Positions 8,448 through 17,967 of a stretch of 64,000 nucleotides of DNA are shown in pieces. The position numbers were made by a program, and so were the translations under genes. The notes under the pieces are model-generated. The model searched no databases. It was not told where the DNA came from and was given only the letters and a program-made list of their open reading frames with translations. Position 1 is the stretch's first letter; each line of letters opens with the position of its first letter. Source of the stretch: an uncultured Anaerolineales bacterium (lineage in GTDB: Bacteria > Chloroflexota > Anaerolineae > B4-G1); contig CAZYSK010000024.1 of the NCBI GenBank assembly GCA_964649415.1, positions 4,711-68,710 of the forward strand, in the 5' to 3' direction.

Positions 8448-9163
8448 TGCACTGCACCTCCTTCGAAGATCATAGCTGCGAGCACACCGCCCAGGCAGGT
8501 GAAGGACGCGACCACCAGCGCAAGGGCGGCATACGGCAACAGTGTCGCTGCCAGCGCACGCCCCCACGTCAATCGATGGCACGATTTCAGGGCCAGGTAG
8601 CGGCACAGGAGCGTCCACGTGCCCACGACAGCGCCGACGCCGACGTAGGGCAGGAAGGTTGCCAGGTTCAGCAGTTGAGGGGCTACGCTCAGTGCGGTGC
8701 AGCCCAGCATCTGGGAGAGGCTGCCCTGTCCCCCCATCAGCCGCGCGAAGAGATGCGCCACAGCCCCGTACAGCACCCAGATGATTAGCAGGCTCAGGGG
8801 CAGGAGGATGATGCGCAACGCGCCACTGACGAGGTCAGGCGCGCCGAACAACTGGGGGAAAACGCGCCAACCGATGTCGAACGAACGAAGGAACCCCTCG
8901 ACGAACTCGGGCTCATACTGTAGTTCTTTGTACCATGGCATCGCTTGCAGCCCCTCCAGAACGGTCTTCTGGATGTCCTGCAGGTTGGGCGAGGTCGCCC
9001 ACTCCAGCGCGGTGCCCACCAGGCCGGCTACTGCCACAACCAGGCCCACCAGCGCGACGAGACCTAATCCACGCAGCGCCGGCTTCGGGGTCTCCCGCAT
9101 TTCCGTGTAGGGCTCCTCGCGCAGGAAGAGCGCCTCCCACGCCAATCGGATGAGTGCTTTCAT
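8444..9163 (-). CDS. Polytopic membrane protein, Yip1-like (paralog A)
   Basis: 239 aa. MKALIRLAWEALFLREEPYTEMR...LRGLGLVALVGLVV, with the same topology as paralog B. GGAGAAACA precedes ATG 9163. Confidence 0.55.
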   Translation of the reverse strand: MKALIRLAWEALFLREEPYTEMRETPKPALRGLGLVALVGLVVAVAGLVGTALEWATSPNLQDIQKTVLEGLQAMPWYKELQYEPEFVEGFLRSFDIGWRVFPQLFGAPDLVSGALRIILLPLSLLIIWVLYGAVAHLFARLMGGQGSLSQMLGCTALSVAPQLLNLATFLPYVGVGAVVGTWTLLCRYLALKSCHRLTWGRALAATLLPYAALALVVASFTCLGGVLAAMIFEGGAVQ

Positions 9164-9184
9164 TGTTTCTCCTTTCGGTATCTC

Positions 9185-9595
9185 TCAGGATTCCTTGGGC
9201 GCAAAGATTCTGGCTAGCGCCAGAGTGGTCCAGAATACGGTCCAGCCGATGAGGAGCGCCCGGGCCAGCGTGAGCTTCCGCTCGTCGATGATCCCTTTCA
9301 CCTGCGTGCCCGCCGGCGTCACCTCGACGACGGCGAGGGGACGGGCCAGCAGGCCACCACCGCCGCCACTGCCAACGTCGACTTCGTCTCCTGTCGTCTC
9401 TCCGGGCTCTTCGGCCGTCGTTGGTTCTGACCCGATGCCCATCGCGAAGCCATAGGCCACCCCGGCGACGGGGATGACCGTGCGATCCCCGGCGGTCACC
9501 GGCTCGCCGAAGCAGGCGTTGACGTCGGCCTTCTCTCGCAGATCAGCGAGTGCGTCGAGCAGTGCGCTGACTTCCTTTTCCATCAGTTTGTCCAT
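9185..9595 (-). CDS. GerW/YtfJ-family protein
   Basis: 136 aa. FGEPVTAGDRTVIPVAGVAYGFAMG, a Gly-rich GSGGGGG stretch and PLAVVEVTP resemble the Bacillus YtfJ/GerW core. There is an extra C-terminal hydrophobic helix. Confidence 0.65.
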   Translation of the reverse strand: MDKLMEKEVSALLDALADLREKADVNACFGEPVTAGDRTVIPVAGVAYGFAMGIGSEPTTAEEPGETTGDEVDVGSGGGGGLLARPLAVVEVTPAGTQVKGIIDERKLTLARALLIGWTVFWTTLALARIFAPKES

Positions 9596-9653
9596 CCATC
9601 GCCTCCTCTCTTGCCTGTCTCTGCTTCTTGGGTTCGGACACGAGTGGGCCTGG

Positions 9654-9998
9654 TCAGCTGTTGCGCAATCTGCGCGCCAGATGCACGGCCAGGGCCAGCC
9701 AGAGCGGGATCAAGAGTGCTGCCAGGAGCAGGACACCGAGCGCGCGGGCCGTTTTGTCGTGGATCGGAATGCGGCGTTCACTTGCGGCGTCTCGTTCCAG
9801 GATCGCGATGGGCTTGAGGTGCACGAATCCGCCACCTCTTCCGGCAAGCCGGTCGCTGCCTATGAAGGCGTGGCGTCGTGCGTACGTCGTCACCCGTACG
9901 AGAGGCACCAGTTCTCGCTCGCCAACGCGCACGGGATTTCCTTCGACCGTCTCAGTCACGAGTGGCGTGGGCTTGTCCATATCCTGTCTGCCTGTCAT
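9654..9998 (-). CDS. Hypothetical protein with C-terminal membrane anchor
   Basis: 114-aa ORF. Its ATG 9998 overlaps the stop of the upstream 885-aa gene (ATGA). C-terminal helix LGVLLLAALLIPLWLALAVHL. No family recognised. Confidence 0.45.
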   Translation of the reverse strand: MTGRQDMDKPTPLVTETVEGNPVRVGERELVPLVRVTTYARRHAFIGSDRLAGRGGGFVHLKPIAILERDAASERRIPIHDKTARALGVLLLAALLIPLWLALAVHLARRLRNS

Positions 9999-12652
9999 CC
10001 TGCCTCCCGTTCGATTCCTTGTCCCCGTCCGGCCATCCCCTCGGCCGACAGCAGTTCGTCCAGCAGTGCTTCTTCCTCTTCTCTCGTGCTCACCTGGCCG
10101 TCCAGCCGGGCGTCGAGTAGACTCGCCAGTATCTGCCCGAAGAGCGGGCTGGGTCTCAGCCCCCGTGTTTTGAGATCGTCGCCGCTCAGCTCAGTCTCCA
10201 ATAGTCGCCAATCCGTCTCGTAGCGTAGCATACGCCTCCGCAGCCGCTTGCGGTCCGTGGCCACCCACGCGACGGCCAAGACGCGAGCCGGGTACGGTTG
10301 CAGCAGGCGATACGTAGCGCTGGGCCGGCGCGCCTTTGCCAGAGCGGGCAGATCCTCTCTCAGGCTGTGCAGAGAGCGCAGGTCGTCGGCATCGTCGCGG
10401 ACCATCTTCAGCCGGGCAATCAGCTCCTCCAGCTCTTCACCGCTGAGCCGATATGAGAGCAGTGCCAGGTAGGCAAAGGGCGTAACATCGGCCTCCAGTT
10501 TCCAGTGCTGATCGTCAAGCGCCCAGCCACCATTGTCCAGGTGTTCCCTGAACTCCCGGTATTTTCTGCAGATCCACTCGTCGCAGCGAAGATTGGGATG
10601 AATGTAGGCCAGCACGCCCAGTTCCTCCAGGCGACATAGGGCCTGTTCGGGTTCCCGCTCGCGGAAGATCAACTCCAGTTCGTGGCGGAGCCGATCACCG
10701 CTGACCCGTTTGAGGAGCGGCAGGCCTTCGGCGATCAGTTGCTCTGTGCGGGGGTCGAGGTGGAATCCGAGCCGGCTCTCCAGCCGGGCAGCGCGGAGCA
10801 TGCGGGTGGGATCATCCGCAAAGCTAAGGCTGTGCAGCACGCGGATGACGCCGCTCTGCAGGTCGGCCTCGCCGCCGTAGAAGTCCAGGATCTCCCCCCA
10901 GTGCTCTGGATCGAGGCGGATCGCCAGGGTGTTGATCGTGAAGTCGCGGCGGTGGAGATCCTGCCTGATTGAGCTGCGCTCTACCTGCGGCAGGGCCGTA
11001 GGGTGGGTGTAGAACTCGGTACGCGCCGTCACGAAGTCCACGCTGGGCGGCACTTCGTCGTGGGATGCGTCATCGACCACCTGCCGCCAGACCGGCTGCG
11101 AGAGGAGCCACTTGGCGGTGCCAAAGCGTCTGTGAGCGATCACGCGTCCTCCCAGGTCCTTGGCCAGCCGGTGTGCGAGGGCGATGGCGTCGCCCTCAAC
11201 GACCATGTCCACGTCCACGATGGGGCTGCCGAGCAGCAGATCGCGCACCAAGCCGCCGACGAAGTAGGGGACGGCCCCCATGGCGTGAGCTTCCCGTGAG
11301 ATGCGACGCACCAGCGCCAGCACGGGACGTGAGAGGGCGCTCTCTAGCCGTGCGGCGACTTCCTGGCGGCGGGGAGGTGTGGGGGGGGTGCCCCATAGCG
11401 TGATCAGGTCGGTGCGGGTGACCACGCCGACGATGCGTTCATCTTCAACTACGGGGATCTGGCCCCAGCCGCTTTCGATCATCTCCCGCTGGAGGTGGGC
11501 GACGGAATCCTGGCTACTGACCGAGACGTTGCCGGCCTCCATCACCTGGGTGACGGGGACGGCGGCCATCTTGAATTGGAGCGCCCGATCCACGGCCCGC
11601 CGGGTGAGCAGCCCGATCACGCGCCCGGCGTCCAGAACCGGATACCCCTCGTGCCCGGTGCGACGCATGCGCTCGGCGGCGTCGGCGACCGTGTCCTCGG
11701 GAGAGAGCACTTGCACGCCCCGTGACATGATCTCTGCGACGGTGACGCTGGGGCGTATCACCTTCGGCAGCAGGTGCAGCAACTCCTCGCGCACCATGCG
11801 CAGCGGCCGGCCGCGGATGAGCGCTGCCGCCGCGCGCTTGTGGCCCCCGCCGCCGAAGTGGGTGGTAACCACCGAGACGTCAATGTCGTCGGTGGTGCTG
11901 CGGGCGACGAGCTGGATGCGACCGTCGAGAGCGACGAGCACAAACAGGGCCGATGGTTCCAGGAGTTCGCGCAGTTTGTGCGCCAGTGTCGAGATTTCCT
12001 CGGTGAAATCTGGCGCCTCAGCCCAGGCGATGATGACGTGATGGCCTTCGATTTCGTGCGTCTCGCTTTGCCTCAGCAGCCGGTCGTAGAGCTCGCGTTG
12101 CTCTGGTGCGAGCGGGTGGTGGATAAACTCGTTGGCGATGTCGAGGCGGGCGCCTTGTTCCATCAGCCAGGCCGCTGCCCGTACGTCCCGGGGAGTCGTG
12201 CCGGTGTATGAGAGGGAACCGGTGTCTTCGTAGATGCCCAGCAGCAGCAGCGTGGCCTCGGCGCTGGTCAGTTTGAGGGCCCGGCCCGAGATCTCCTCGA
12301 TGAGCAATGTCGTCGTGGCCCCCAGCATCTCGCCGTAGAAGGTCCAATCGGGGGGCAGATCGGGACTGCGCTTGTGATGATCGATGATGTCCACGTGCAC
12401 GTCGGTGCCCATGCCCCTGAGCGTGGTCAGGCTCTGCGTGTCCACGAGGATGGCGCGCTTGATCTTGCGCCGGGGGAGGTCGTCGGGCTGGACCAAGGGG
12501 AGTTCAGCGCCGTATAGCGCCAGGAACGCGCGCCCGTTGCGGTTGACGCGCCTGGGCAGCACGGGCGTGGCCGCCGGGAACAGCTTACTTGCTCCGAGCA
12601 AGCTGGCGATGGCATCGAAATCCGCGTTCTCGTGGCTGAGGATGACCTCCAA
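9995..12652 (-). CDS. DHH/DHHA1 - CBS pair - poly(A) polymerase/CCA-adding tRNA nucleotidyltransferase fusion protein
   Basis: 885 aa. DHH motifs HENADFDAIAS, ILVDT, IIDHH. DHHA1 motif GGGGHKRAAAA. Two CBS modules. Nucleotidyltransferase head YFVGGLVRDLLLG...VDVDMVV and RRDFTINTLA. Confidence 0.85.
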   Translation of the reverse strand: MEVILSHENADFDAIASLLGASKLFPAATPVLPRRVNRNGRAFLALYGAELPLVQPDDLPRRKIKRAILVDTQSLTTLRGMGTDVHVDIIDHHKRSPDLPPDWTFYGEMLGATTTLLIEEISGRALKLTSAEATLLLLGIYEDTGSLSYTGTTPRDVRAAAWLMEQGARLDIANEFIHHPLAPEQRELYDRLLRQSETHEIEGHHVIIAWAEAPDFTEEISTLAHKLRELLEPSALFVLVALDGRIQLVARSTTDDIDVSVVTTHFGGGGHKRAAAALIRGRPLRMVREELLHLLPKVIRPSVTVAEIMSRGVQVLSPEDTVADAAERMRRTGHEGYPVLDAGRVIGLLTRRAVDRALQFKMAAVPVTQVMEAGNVSVSSQDSVAHLQREMIESGWGQIPVVEDERIVGVVTRTDLITLWGTPPTPPRRQEVAARLESALSRPVLALVRRISREAHAMGAVPYFVGGLVRDLLLGSPIVDVDMVVEGDAIALAHRLAKDLGGRVIAHRRFGTAKWLLSQPVWRQVVDDASHDEVPPSVDFVTARTEFYTHPTALPQVERSSIRQDLHRRDFTINTLAIRLDPEHWGEILDFYGGEADLQSGVIRVLHSLSFADDPTRMLRAARLESRLGFHLDPRTEQLIAEGLPLLKRVSGDRLRHELELIFREREPEQALCRLEELGVLAYIHPNLRCDEWICRKYREFREHLDNGGWALDDQHWKLEADVTPFAYLALLSYRLSGEELEELIARLKMVRDDADDLRSLHSLREDLPALAKARRPSATYRLLQPYPARVLAVAWVATDRKRLRRRMLRYETDWRLLETELSGDDLKTRGLRPSPLFGQILASLLDARLDGQVSTREEEEALLDELLSAEGMAGRGQGIEREAG

Positions 12653-12764
12653 ACGATACCTCTCTTAAGCAGGATGGATCATGTCCAGGATAGCACGATT
12701 CGCACAAAACATCAACTCAGGATCGGAGGTAGCTGGCCAGAGATTACGAACCGTGCGTATGATT

Positions 12765-13448
12765 TTATCTGCACCCTTCCAGACGCCAGTCCCCCCAGCC
12801 CGTGGGCGTGCATTCGCCTGCCACCAGACGGCTGATGCGGCGCGCCCGCTCATCGTTGGCCTCTGGTTGATGCTGCACGTTGAAGTTGGCTGGGCCGGGC
12901 AGCATGGCAACCAGTCTCAGGTACTCCTCCTCGCTCAGTTCAGGGAAAGCCTTCCCGAAGTAGGCTTGAGATGCTGCCGCGAATCCAATCACCTGTTCCC
13001 CGTCAACCTGTCCCAAGCGGGCCTCGTTGATGAAGAGCAGGAGTTGATCTCGTTTCGACACCAGGGGATCCATGGCAAACCTGGCGATGAATGTCTGCCG
13101 GATTTTCGGCAGCCCCTGCGTGAAGTGCTCGAAGTAGTGTATCTTCACGAGTGCCTGGGTTATCGTTGTCATTCCAGACCCCGGCGTGTGGAAATCCCAG
13201 CCACGATGGTGGTGGAAGTCGGGATCCTCGACGGCCAGCAGGATGTCAATCTGTCGCTGCGACAGATCGTCGATGTCCAGGGTAATTCTTTCCGGTTGCA
13301 TCGCCGCTTGCACAATGGACGGAGTCGCCTGACGCGCCTCGATGACCTCGACAGTGTAGTAGCCCGCCACAGCGGCAGCGGCCAGCGCCATTAGCGCGAG
13401 TAGCACACGTGCGAACCGCCTGGGTACGGATAGCTTATGCCGCTTCAT
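12765..13448 (-). CDS. Monofunctional peptidoglycan glycosyltransferase-like protein (GT51 domain) with N-terminal anchor
   Basis: 227 aa. Anchor VLLALMALAAAAVAGYY. GT51 donor-site motifs LLAVEDPDFHHHRGWD and TITQALVK. Confidence 0.7.
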   Translation of the reverse strand: MKRHKLSVPRRFARVLLALMALAAAAVAGYYTVEVIEARQATPSIVQAAMQPERITLDIDDLSQRQIDILLAVEDPDFHHHRGWDFHTPGSGMTTITQALVKIHYFEHFTQGLPKIRQTFIARFAMDPLVSKRDQLLLFINEARLGQVDGEQVIGFAAASQAYFGKAFPELSEEEYLRLVAMLPGPANFNVQHQPEANDERARRISRLVAGECTPTGWGDWRLEGCR

Positions 13449-13586
13449 TTCGATCTAGCCTCGTGGTCAATGGTGGAGTTGCCTGCGAGGGTGTCGACCT
13501 GGGTTGACGAGCGGACGTCGTCAGGGAGTGGTCCTGGCCCTCGAGGGTTGATTATAGGCATCCTGGCACGTAGGTCAAGGTGGGCG

Positions 13587-13620
13587 AGACCCTAAAGGTT
13601 TCAGAGAACCTTTAGGGTCT
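13587..13620. repeat. Palindromic element, family F (AGACCCTAAAGGTT-TCAGAG-AACCTTTAGGGTCT)
   Basis: Perfect 14-bp arms in the intergenic region upstream of ltaE. A second full copy lies inside a CDS at 43183-43216. Confidence 0.85.
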
Positions 13621-13698
13621 GTAAGAGTATGACCTCCCGCGTTTGACGCGGATTTCCTCGGGAAAACAGAGGAGAATGCAGGAACTTGTTCTCTTGCG

Positions 13699-13712
13699 AA
13701 CCTTTAGGGTCT
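13699..13712. repeat. Half copy of family F (AACCTTTAGGGTCT)
   Basis: Identical to the right arm at 13607-13620, 79 nt downstream of the full copy. Confidence 0.6.
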
Positions 13713-13730
13713 TGGGGGACCGCACGGCTG

Positions 13731-13758
13731 TTGACTAGGGTGGGATGGGTACTATAAT
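13731..13758 (+). promoter_or_regulatory. Sigma70-like promoter upstream of ltaE (TTGACT-16 nt-TATAAT)
   Basis: TTGACT 13731-13736 and TATAAT 13753-13758, about 80 nt upstream of ATG 13841, which has a GGAGGTG RBS. Confidence 0.5.
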
Positions 13759-13840
13759 CGGTCTCACGCATCACGAACGCTGACCCCAGCGGTCGGACCG
13801 CGATACGTGCTATACATCATGTCTATGGAGGTGCAACGGT

Positions 13841-14875
13841 ATGGATAGAATCATTGATCTACGCAGCGACACGGTAACCTGGCCGACGCCGGAGATGCGG
13901 GAGGCGATGTACCGGGCGGAGGTGGGCGACGACGTCTACGGAGAGGATCCGAGCGTCAACCGGCTCGAGGCGATGGCGGCGGAGCGACTGGGGAAGGAGG
14001 CGGCGCTGTTCGTCGTCAGTGGCACGATGGGGAACCTGGTGGCGCTGCTGACCCACTGCGGGCGGGGCGACGAGGTGATCCTGGGGCATCGGAGCCACAC
14101 GTTCATATACGAGCAGGGTGGCATGGCAGCGCTGGGGGGCATCATGCCGCACACGGTGCCCAACCAGGACGACGGCACGATGCGGCTGAATGACATCGAG
14201 GCGGCGATCCGGGGCGACAATGTCCACTACCCGCGCTCGCGCCTGGTGTGCCTGGAGAACACGCACAACGTATGCAACGGCTCGCCGGTGACTGCCGAGT
14301 ACACGGCGCAGGTGGCTCGTGTGGCCCACGAGCACGGCCTGGGGGTACACGTGGACGGGGCGCGCATTTTCAACGCAGCGGCGGCGCTGGAGGTGAACGT
14401 GCGGGAGTTGGTGCGGGACGTGGACTCGGTGCAGATCTGCCTTTCGAAGGGATTGTGCGCGCCGGTGGGTTCGCTGGTGTGCGGCAGCGCAGCTTTCATC
14501 GCCGAGGCGCGGCGGGCGCGAAAGGTGGTGGGCGGCGGGATGCGTCAGGCCGGGATATTGGCGGCGGCGGGGATCGTCGCGCTGGAGCGGATCGCGCCCC
14601 GTATGGGCGAGGATCACGCGCGGGCGAAGCAACTGGCGGAAGGGTTGGCTGAGATCCCGGGTCTTGAGGTTGCGCCGGTGGCGACCAATATCCTCTATTT
14701 CGGGCTGACGGACGCGGTGGAGCGGACGCCTGCAGAGGTGAGCGCGGCGCTGGAGGAAAGGGGTGTGCGGATACTGGGCCGGGTGGGCGGCCGCTTCCGA
14801 GCGGTGACGCACTATTGGATCACGGACGAGGACATTGAGCGAACGATCTCCGCGGTGCGGGAGGTGGTGGCGTAG
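13841..14875 (+). CDS. ltaE: Low-specificity L-threonine aldolase
   Basis: 344 aa. LRSDTVT, GDDVYGEDPS, SGTMGN, VHVDGARIFNAA and the PLP-lysine region CLSKGLCAPVGS. Confidence 0.9.
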   Translation: MDRIIDLRSDTVTWPTPEMREAMYRAEVGDDVYGEDPSVNRLEAMAAERLGKEAALFVVSGTMGNLVALLTHCGRGDEVILGHRSHTFIYEQGGMAALGGIMPHTVPNQDDGTMRLNDIEAAIRGDNVHYPRSRLVCLENTHNVCNGSPVTAEYTAQVARVAHEHGLGVHVDGARIFNAAAALEVNVRELVRDVDSVQICLSKGLCAPVGSLVCGSAAFIAEARRARKVVGGGMRQAGILAAAGIVALERIAPRMGEDHARAKQLAEGLAEIPGLEVAPVATNILYFGLTDAVERTPAEVSAALEERGVRILGRVGGRFRAVTHYWITDEDIERTISAVREVVA

Positions 14876-14879
14876 GCGG

Positions 14880-15223
14880 GGCGCACAACGGATTTCTCTT
14901 TCTCCGTCCTCGGAACGACAGACCAACTCCCGGGCCTGGGGATCGAACGTGATCTCCAGTTGCTGCTCAGCGAAGTCCTTTCCAGCATTGTAGAGCTGCG
15001 CACCGAGAGAGAACTGACCCTGCGAACTCGTGCGCCGAAACCACCGTCCTTGAGCGAGGTAGTCGTAGACTCGTTCGAGGTCGAGCATCGACTCTTCCCT
15101 GTCCGGACGATACGGTCTGCCAGAGTGCACAGCTTCTGGATAGGCCTCCAGCGGAGGACGCCGATCCGAGGCCTGGGTTGGAAAGTCGTGGTTGAGGAAA
15201 TGACGTCGATCGGTCAGTCTCAT
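14880..15223 (-). pseudogene. Remnant of the C-terminal part of a DDE (rve/Mu-like) transposase
   Basis: About 110 codons (…RPYRPDREESMLDLERVYDYLAQGRWFRRTSSQGQFSLGAQLYNAGKDFAEQQLEITFDPQARELVC…) resemble the non-catalytic C-terminus of integrase-core transposases. No catalytic domain lies upstream. The frame then runs antisense into ltaE. Recognition is weak. Confidence 0.35.
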
Positions 15224-15308
15224 TCGAGACTTTGCTAATGTGCAACCGGTACGACTTTATAGGACTTGACACCCGGACAGTACTATGCTTTCTATGTTCT
15301 TATCCTTT

Positions 15309-16229
15309 TCACCGGCCGTTCCGCTCTCGATACAGAATATACATCCCACTAGACAGCGTCAGAAAAGCACCTGCCAATGTCATCAACGTCGGGATCTCTT
15401 GCCAAATGACAAAGCCCCACATGATATTGATCGGCAGCGATACATATTCAAACGGGGCAACCACCGAGGCTTGAGCCGCGCTATAGGCACGCGCCATACA
15501 ATACATCCCACCAGCCCATACCAGCCCTAAACCGGACATGATGATCCAATCCAGGAATGTCGGCATGGTCCAGGTCCGAAGAAGAAAAGCAATACTCGGA
15601 TGAGCGTCGGGAATCTCTCCCACAATGCCAGGAAGTGGCACCAAAACAAAAGCGGCAACCAGGTAAACAAGCGAACTGTAGTAGGCCATTGTGGCGCTGC
15701 TGTCCGTTGTTTGCAGCCTACGTGTGAGCATGACATTAAGCGCATAGAACAGCACGGATATCAAAATGAAAATGGAACCCAGATTGAAGGTTACCGAACC
15801 GGGTCTGACAATAAAAAGGACACCCACAAAACCAACGATCAGCGCCAGCCAGCGACGTGGGCCAACCTTTTCGCCCAGCATCACGACCGATAAGAAGGTG
15901 ATCATCAGCGGAGCCGAGAAGCGAATCGATTCGACATCGGCCAGCGGCAGAGCAGCCAATCCCATAAAGTGGGTGGTGTAGGAGAGAAAAAGGAAAACTC
16001 CACGCACATATTCGAGCTTGTGCCGCTGCGTGGTTGGCAGCCCCCGCTTGCCTTCATAGCGATAAAAGAGCAGGGTGCAGGGCAAGGCAATCAAGCTGCG
16101 AAAAGTGACGATTTCCAATATGGAATAGTCGCCGCCAATCCATTTGACCGCGATATTTTGGAGGGAGAAGATCAGTGCAGACAGCATGAGAAAGCTGACG
16201 CCCGTGACGTTGGAACTAGTTTTCGTCAT
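15309..16229 (-). CDS. EamA/DMT-family transporter
   Basis: 306 aa from ATG 16229 (GAGGTAAACA upstream). About 10 TM segments in two EamA-like halves. The ORF-track extension to 16529 overlaps the upstream gene. Confidence 0.85.
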   Translation of the reverse strand: MTKTSSNVTGVSFLMLSALIFSLQNIAVKWIGGDYSILEIVTFRSLIALPCTLLFYRYEGKRGLPTTQRHKLEYVRGVFLFLSYTTHFMGLAALPLADVESIRFSAPLMITFLSVVMLGEKVGPRRWLALIVGFVGVLFIVRPGSVTFNLGSIFILISVLFYALNVMLTRRLQTTDSSATMAYYSSLVYLVAAFVLVPLPGIVGEIPDAHPSIAFLLRTWTMPTFLDWIIMSGLGLVWAGGMYCMARAYSAAQASVVAPFEYVSLPINIMWGFVIWQEIPTLMTLAGAFLTLSSGMYILYRERNGR

Positions 16230-16248
16230 GTGTTTACCTCGGTGATGT

Positions 16249-17967
16249 TCATCTTTCAATAATTGGGAGAACCAGACGCGATGGATACGCCGCGTCATGG
16301 AAGACACGGTTGATCGCGGGTTGGTATTGATCGGCAGTCTCACTGGCGATCTCCCCGCCCGTGTTGCTGTTGCGGTCGAACCGTGGGAAGTTGCTGCTGG
16401 AGACCTCCAACCGGATGCGGTGGCTTGGCAAGAACACGTTCGCCGTGGCCCACAAGTCGAGCCGGAGTTCGTAGATCGCATCAGGTTCGAGGAGTTCAGG
16501 CTCCGTGAACGAGTCGCGGTAGCGGGCACGCAGAATGCCCTCGGTCAGGATCATCGCCTGGCCATCTGGGTAGACATCCACCAGCTTGCCCGTAAAGTCC
16601 GTGTCACGCGCCGATGAGACCACGAACAGGCACAGTTCGATTGGACCGGTCACTTCCACCGGGCGATCCAGCACCGGGGTGCTATACACCAGCACGTCAT
16701 CGCGCAGTTCAACCTCGCGCTGGTCGCGCGGCCCCATGGCATTGCCACCAGGTAGGATGACTTGGCCGCCGACGGTTGGCACCGGACGCAAGGGGTTGTA
16801 CAGGTACACATCCGGCGGCTCGTCGCCCGGTGGCTCGGTTGATAGTGTGCCGTCGCCGTAAAGAGTGTTCGCCCCTCCGCTGCTGTGCAGGTAGTAAGGG
16901 CGGTATTGCGTGTTTGGTAGCGGCCAAGCGGCTTCGGTGCGCCATTCGTCAACGCCCATCACAAAGATCATCACCGGCGGCTCTTGGTCTATACCATTGT
17001 CCACATCTTTCAGCCAGCGGTCGAACCAACGAAGATGGATACCAGGCAGATCGATGGCAGCGCTGCTGCTGCCCCAGCCAAATTCGCGTTCCGGGAAACT
17101 GCCGCTGAAGTTCATATGTGTCCAGGGGCCGATGATCAGGCGCTGGTTCCGGCGGGCCTCTTCCGTGCCGCCTCGCTGCTTCATGCCCATGTAATTCTGG
17201 AAGGTGCTCCACAGAAAGATGTCGTACCAGCCGCTGACGTTGAGCGCGGGCACGCTGATCTGCTCGTATCCCGCCTGGGGTGAGGAAGGCAGCCAATAGT
17301 CATCCGCCGTTGGGTGAGCCAGCCAGTCAAGGTAGAAGTCTGCGTACTCCCGGATCAAAGGATGGGTGGCGAGCGGGAGTTCAGTCAGTGCCACATCCAC
17401 GTCTAAAGGGGTTTCACTATCTAACGGCTTCTCACCGCGGGCGACACGGCGCCCGACTTCTGCCGGAACGATGTTTGCGACCACCCAGCGGAGATCATGG
17501 AGTACCTTGGCTCCGCCCTGGTATGCGCAACCTTCGTACCCATCTGAGAAGGTGATCGATGGCGCCATCGCTCGCAAGGCCGGGGGCTGTTCACGGGCAG
17601 GCAACCACTGGGTGGAACCCAGGTAGGAGCCACCGAAGGTGCCCACCACCCCATTTGACCAGGGTTGAGCCGCCGCCCAGGCAAAGGCATCAAGGCCGTC
17701 GTCTGTTTCTTGAACGTGCGGGTTGAACGTCCCCTCGGAGGCATAGCGTCCCCGCACATCCTGAGCCACCACTGTGTAGCCAGCCTGCACCGCCCGCAAA
17801 ATGTTGAAGATATCCCCGCCGGCGACCACGTGGTCTTTGTTGTAGGGGGTGCGGACGACCAGCACAGGTGTAGGGCTTGCGCCCTCCAGCCGATAGATGT
17901 CGGTGGCGAGCTGTACTCCATCGCGCATGGGGACCATGATGTTCTTTTCAACTAGAATGGTTGTCAT
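16249..17967 (-). CDS. CocE/NonD-family hydrolase (S15 X-Pro dipeptidyl-peptidase fold)
   Basis: 572 aa. VVRTPYNK, QDVRGRYASEG and the nucleophile elbow GGSYLGSTQW (compare CocE GVSYLG). Confidence 0.85.
   Translation of the reverse strand: MTTILVEKNIMVPMRDGVQLATDIYRLEGASPTPVLVVRTPYNKDHVVAGGDIFNILRAVQAGYTVVAQDVRGRYASEGTFNPHVQETDDGLDAFAWAAAQPWSNGVVGTFGGSYLGSTQWLPAREQPPALRAMAPSITFSDGYEGCAYQGGAKVLHDLRWVVANIVPAEVGRRVARGEKPLDSETPLDVDVALTELPLATHPLIREYADFYLDWLAHPTADDYWLPSSPQAGYEQISVPALNVSGWYDIFLWSTFQNYMGMKQRGGTEEARRNQRLIIGPWTHMNFSGSFPEREFGWGSSSAAIDLPGIHLRWFDRWLKDVDNGIDQEPPVMIFVMGVDEWRTEAAWPLPNTQYRPYYLHSSGGANTLYGDGTLSTEPPGDEPPDVYLYNPLRPVPTVGGQVILPGGNAMGPRDQREVELRDDVLVYSTPVLDRPVEVTGPIELCLFVVSSARDTDFTGKLVDVYPDGQAMILTEGILRARYRDSFTEPELLEPDAIYELRLDLWATANVFLPSHRIRLEVSSSNFPRFDRNSNTGGEIASETADQYQPAINRVFHDAAYPSRLVLPIIER

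Noticed and set aside
13859-15223. 454-aa minus-strand ORF spanning ltaE.
   Set aside because: Only its first ~110 codons (15223-14880) look protein-like, and I called these a transposase remnant. The rest is antisense to the well-supported ltaE gene.
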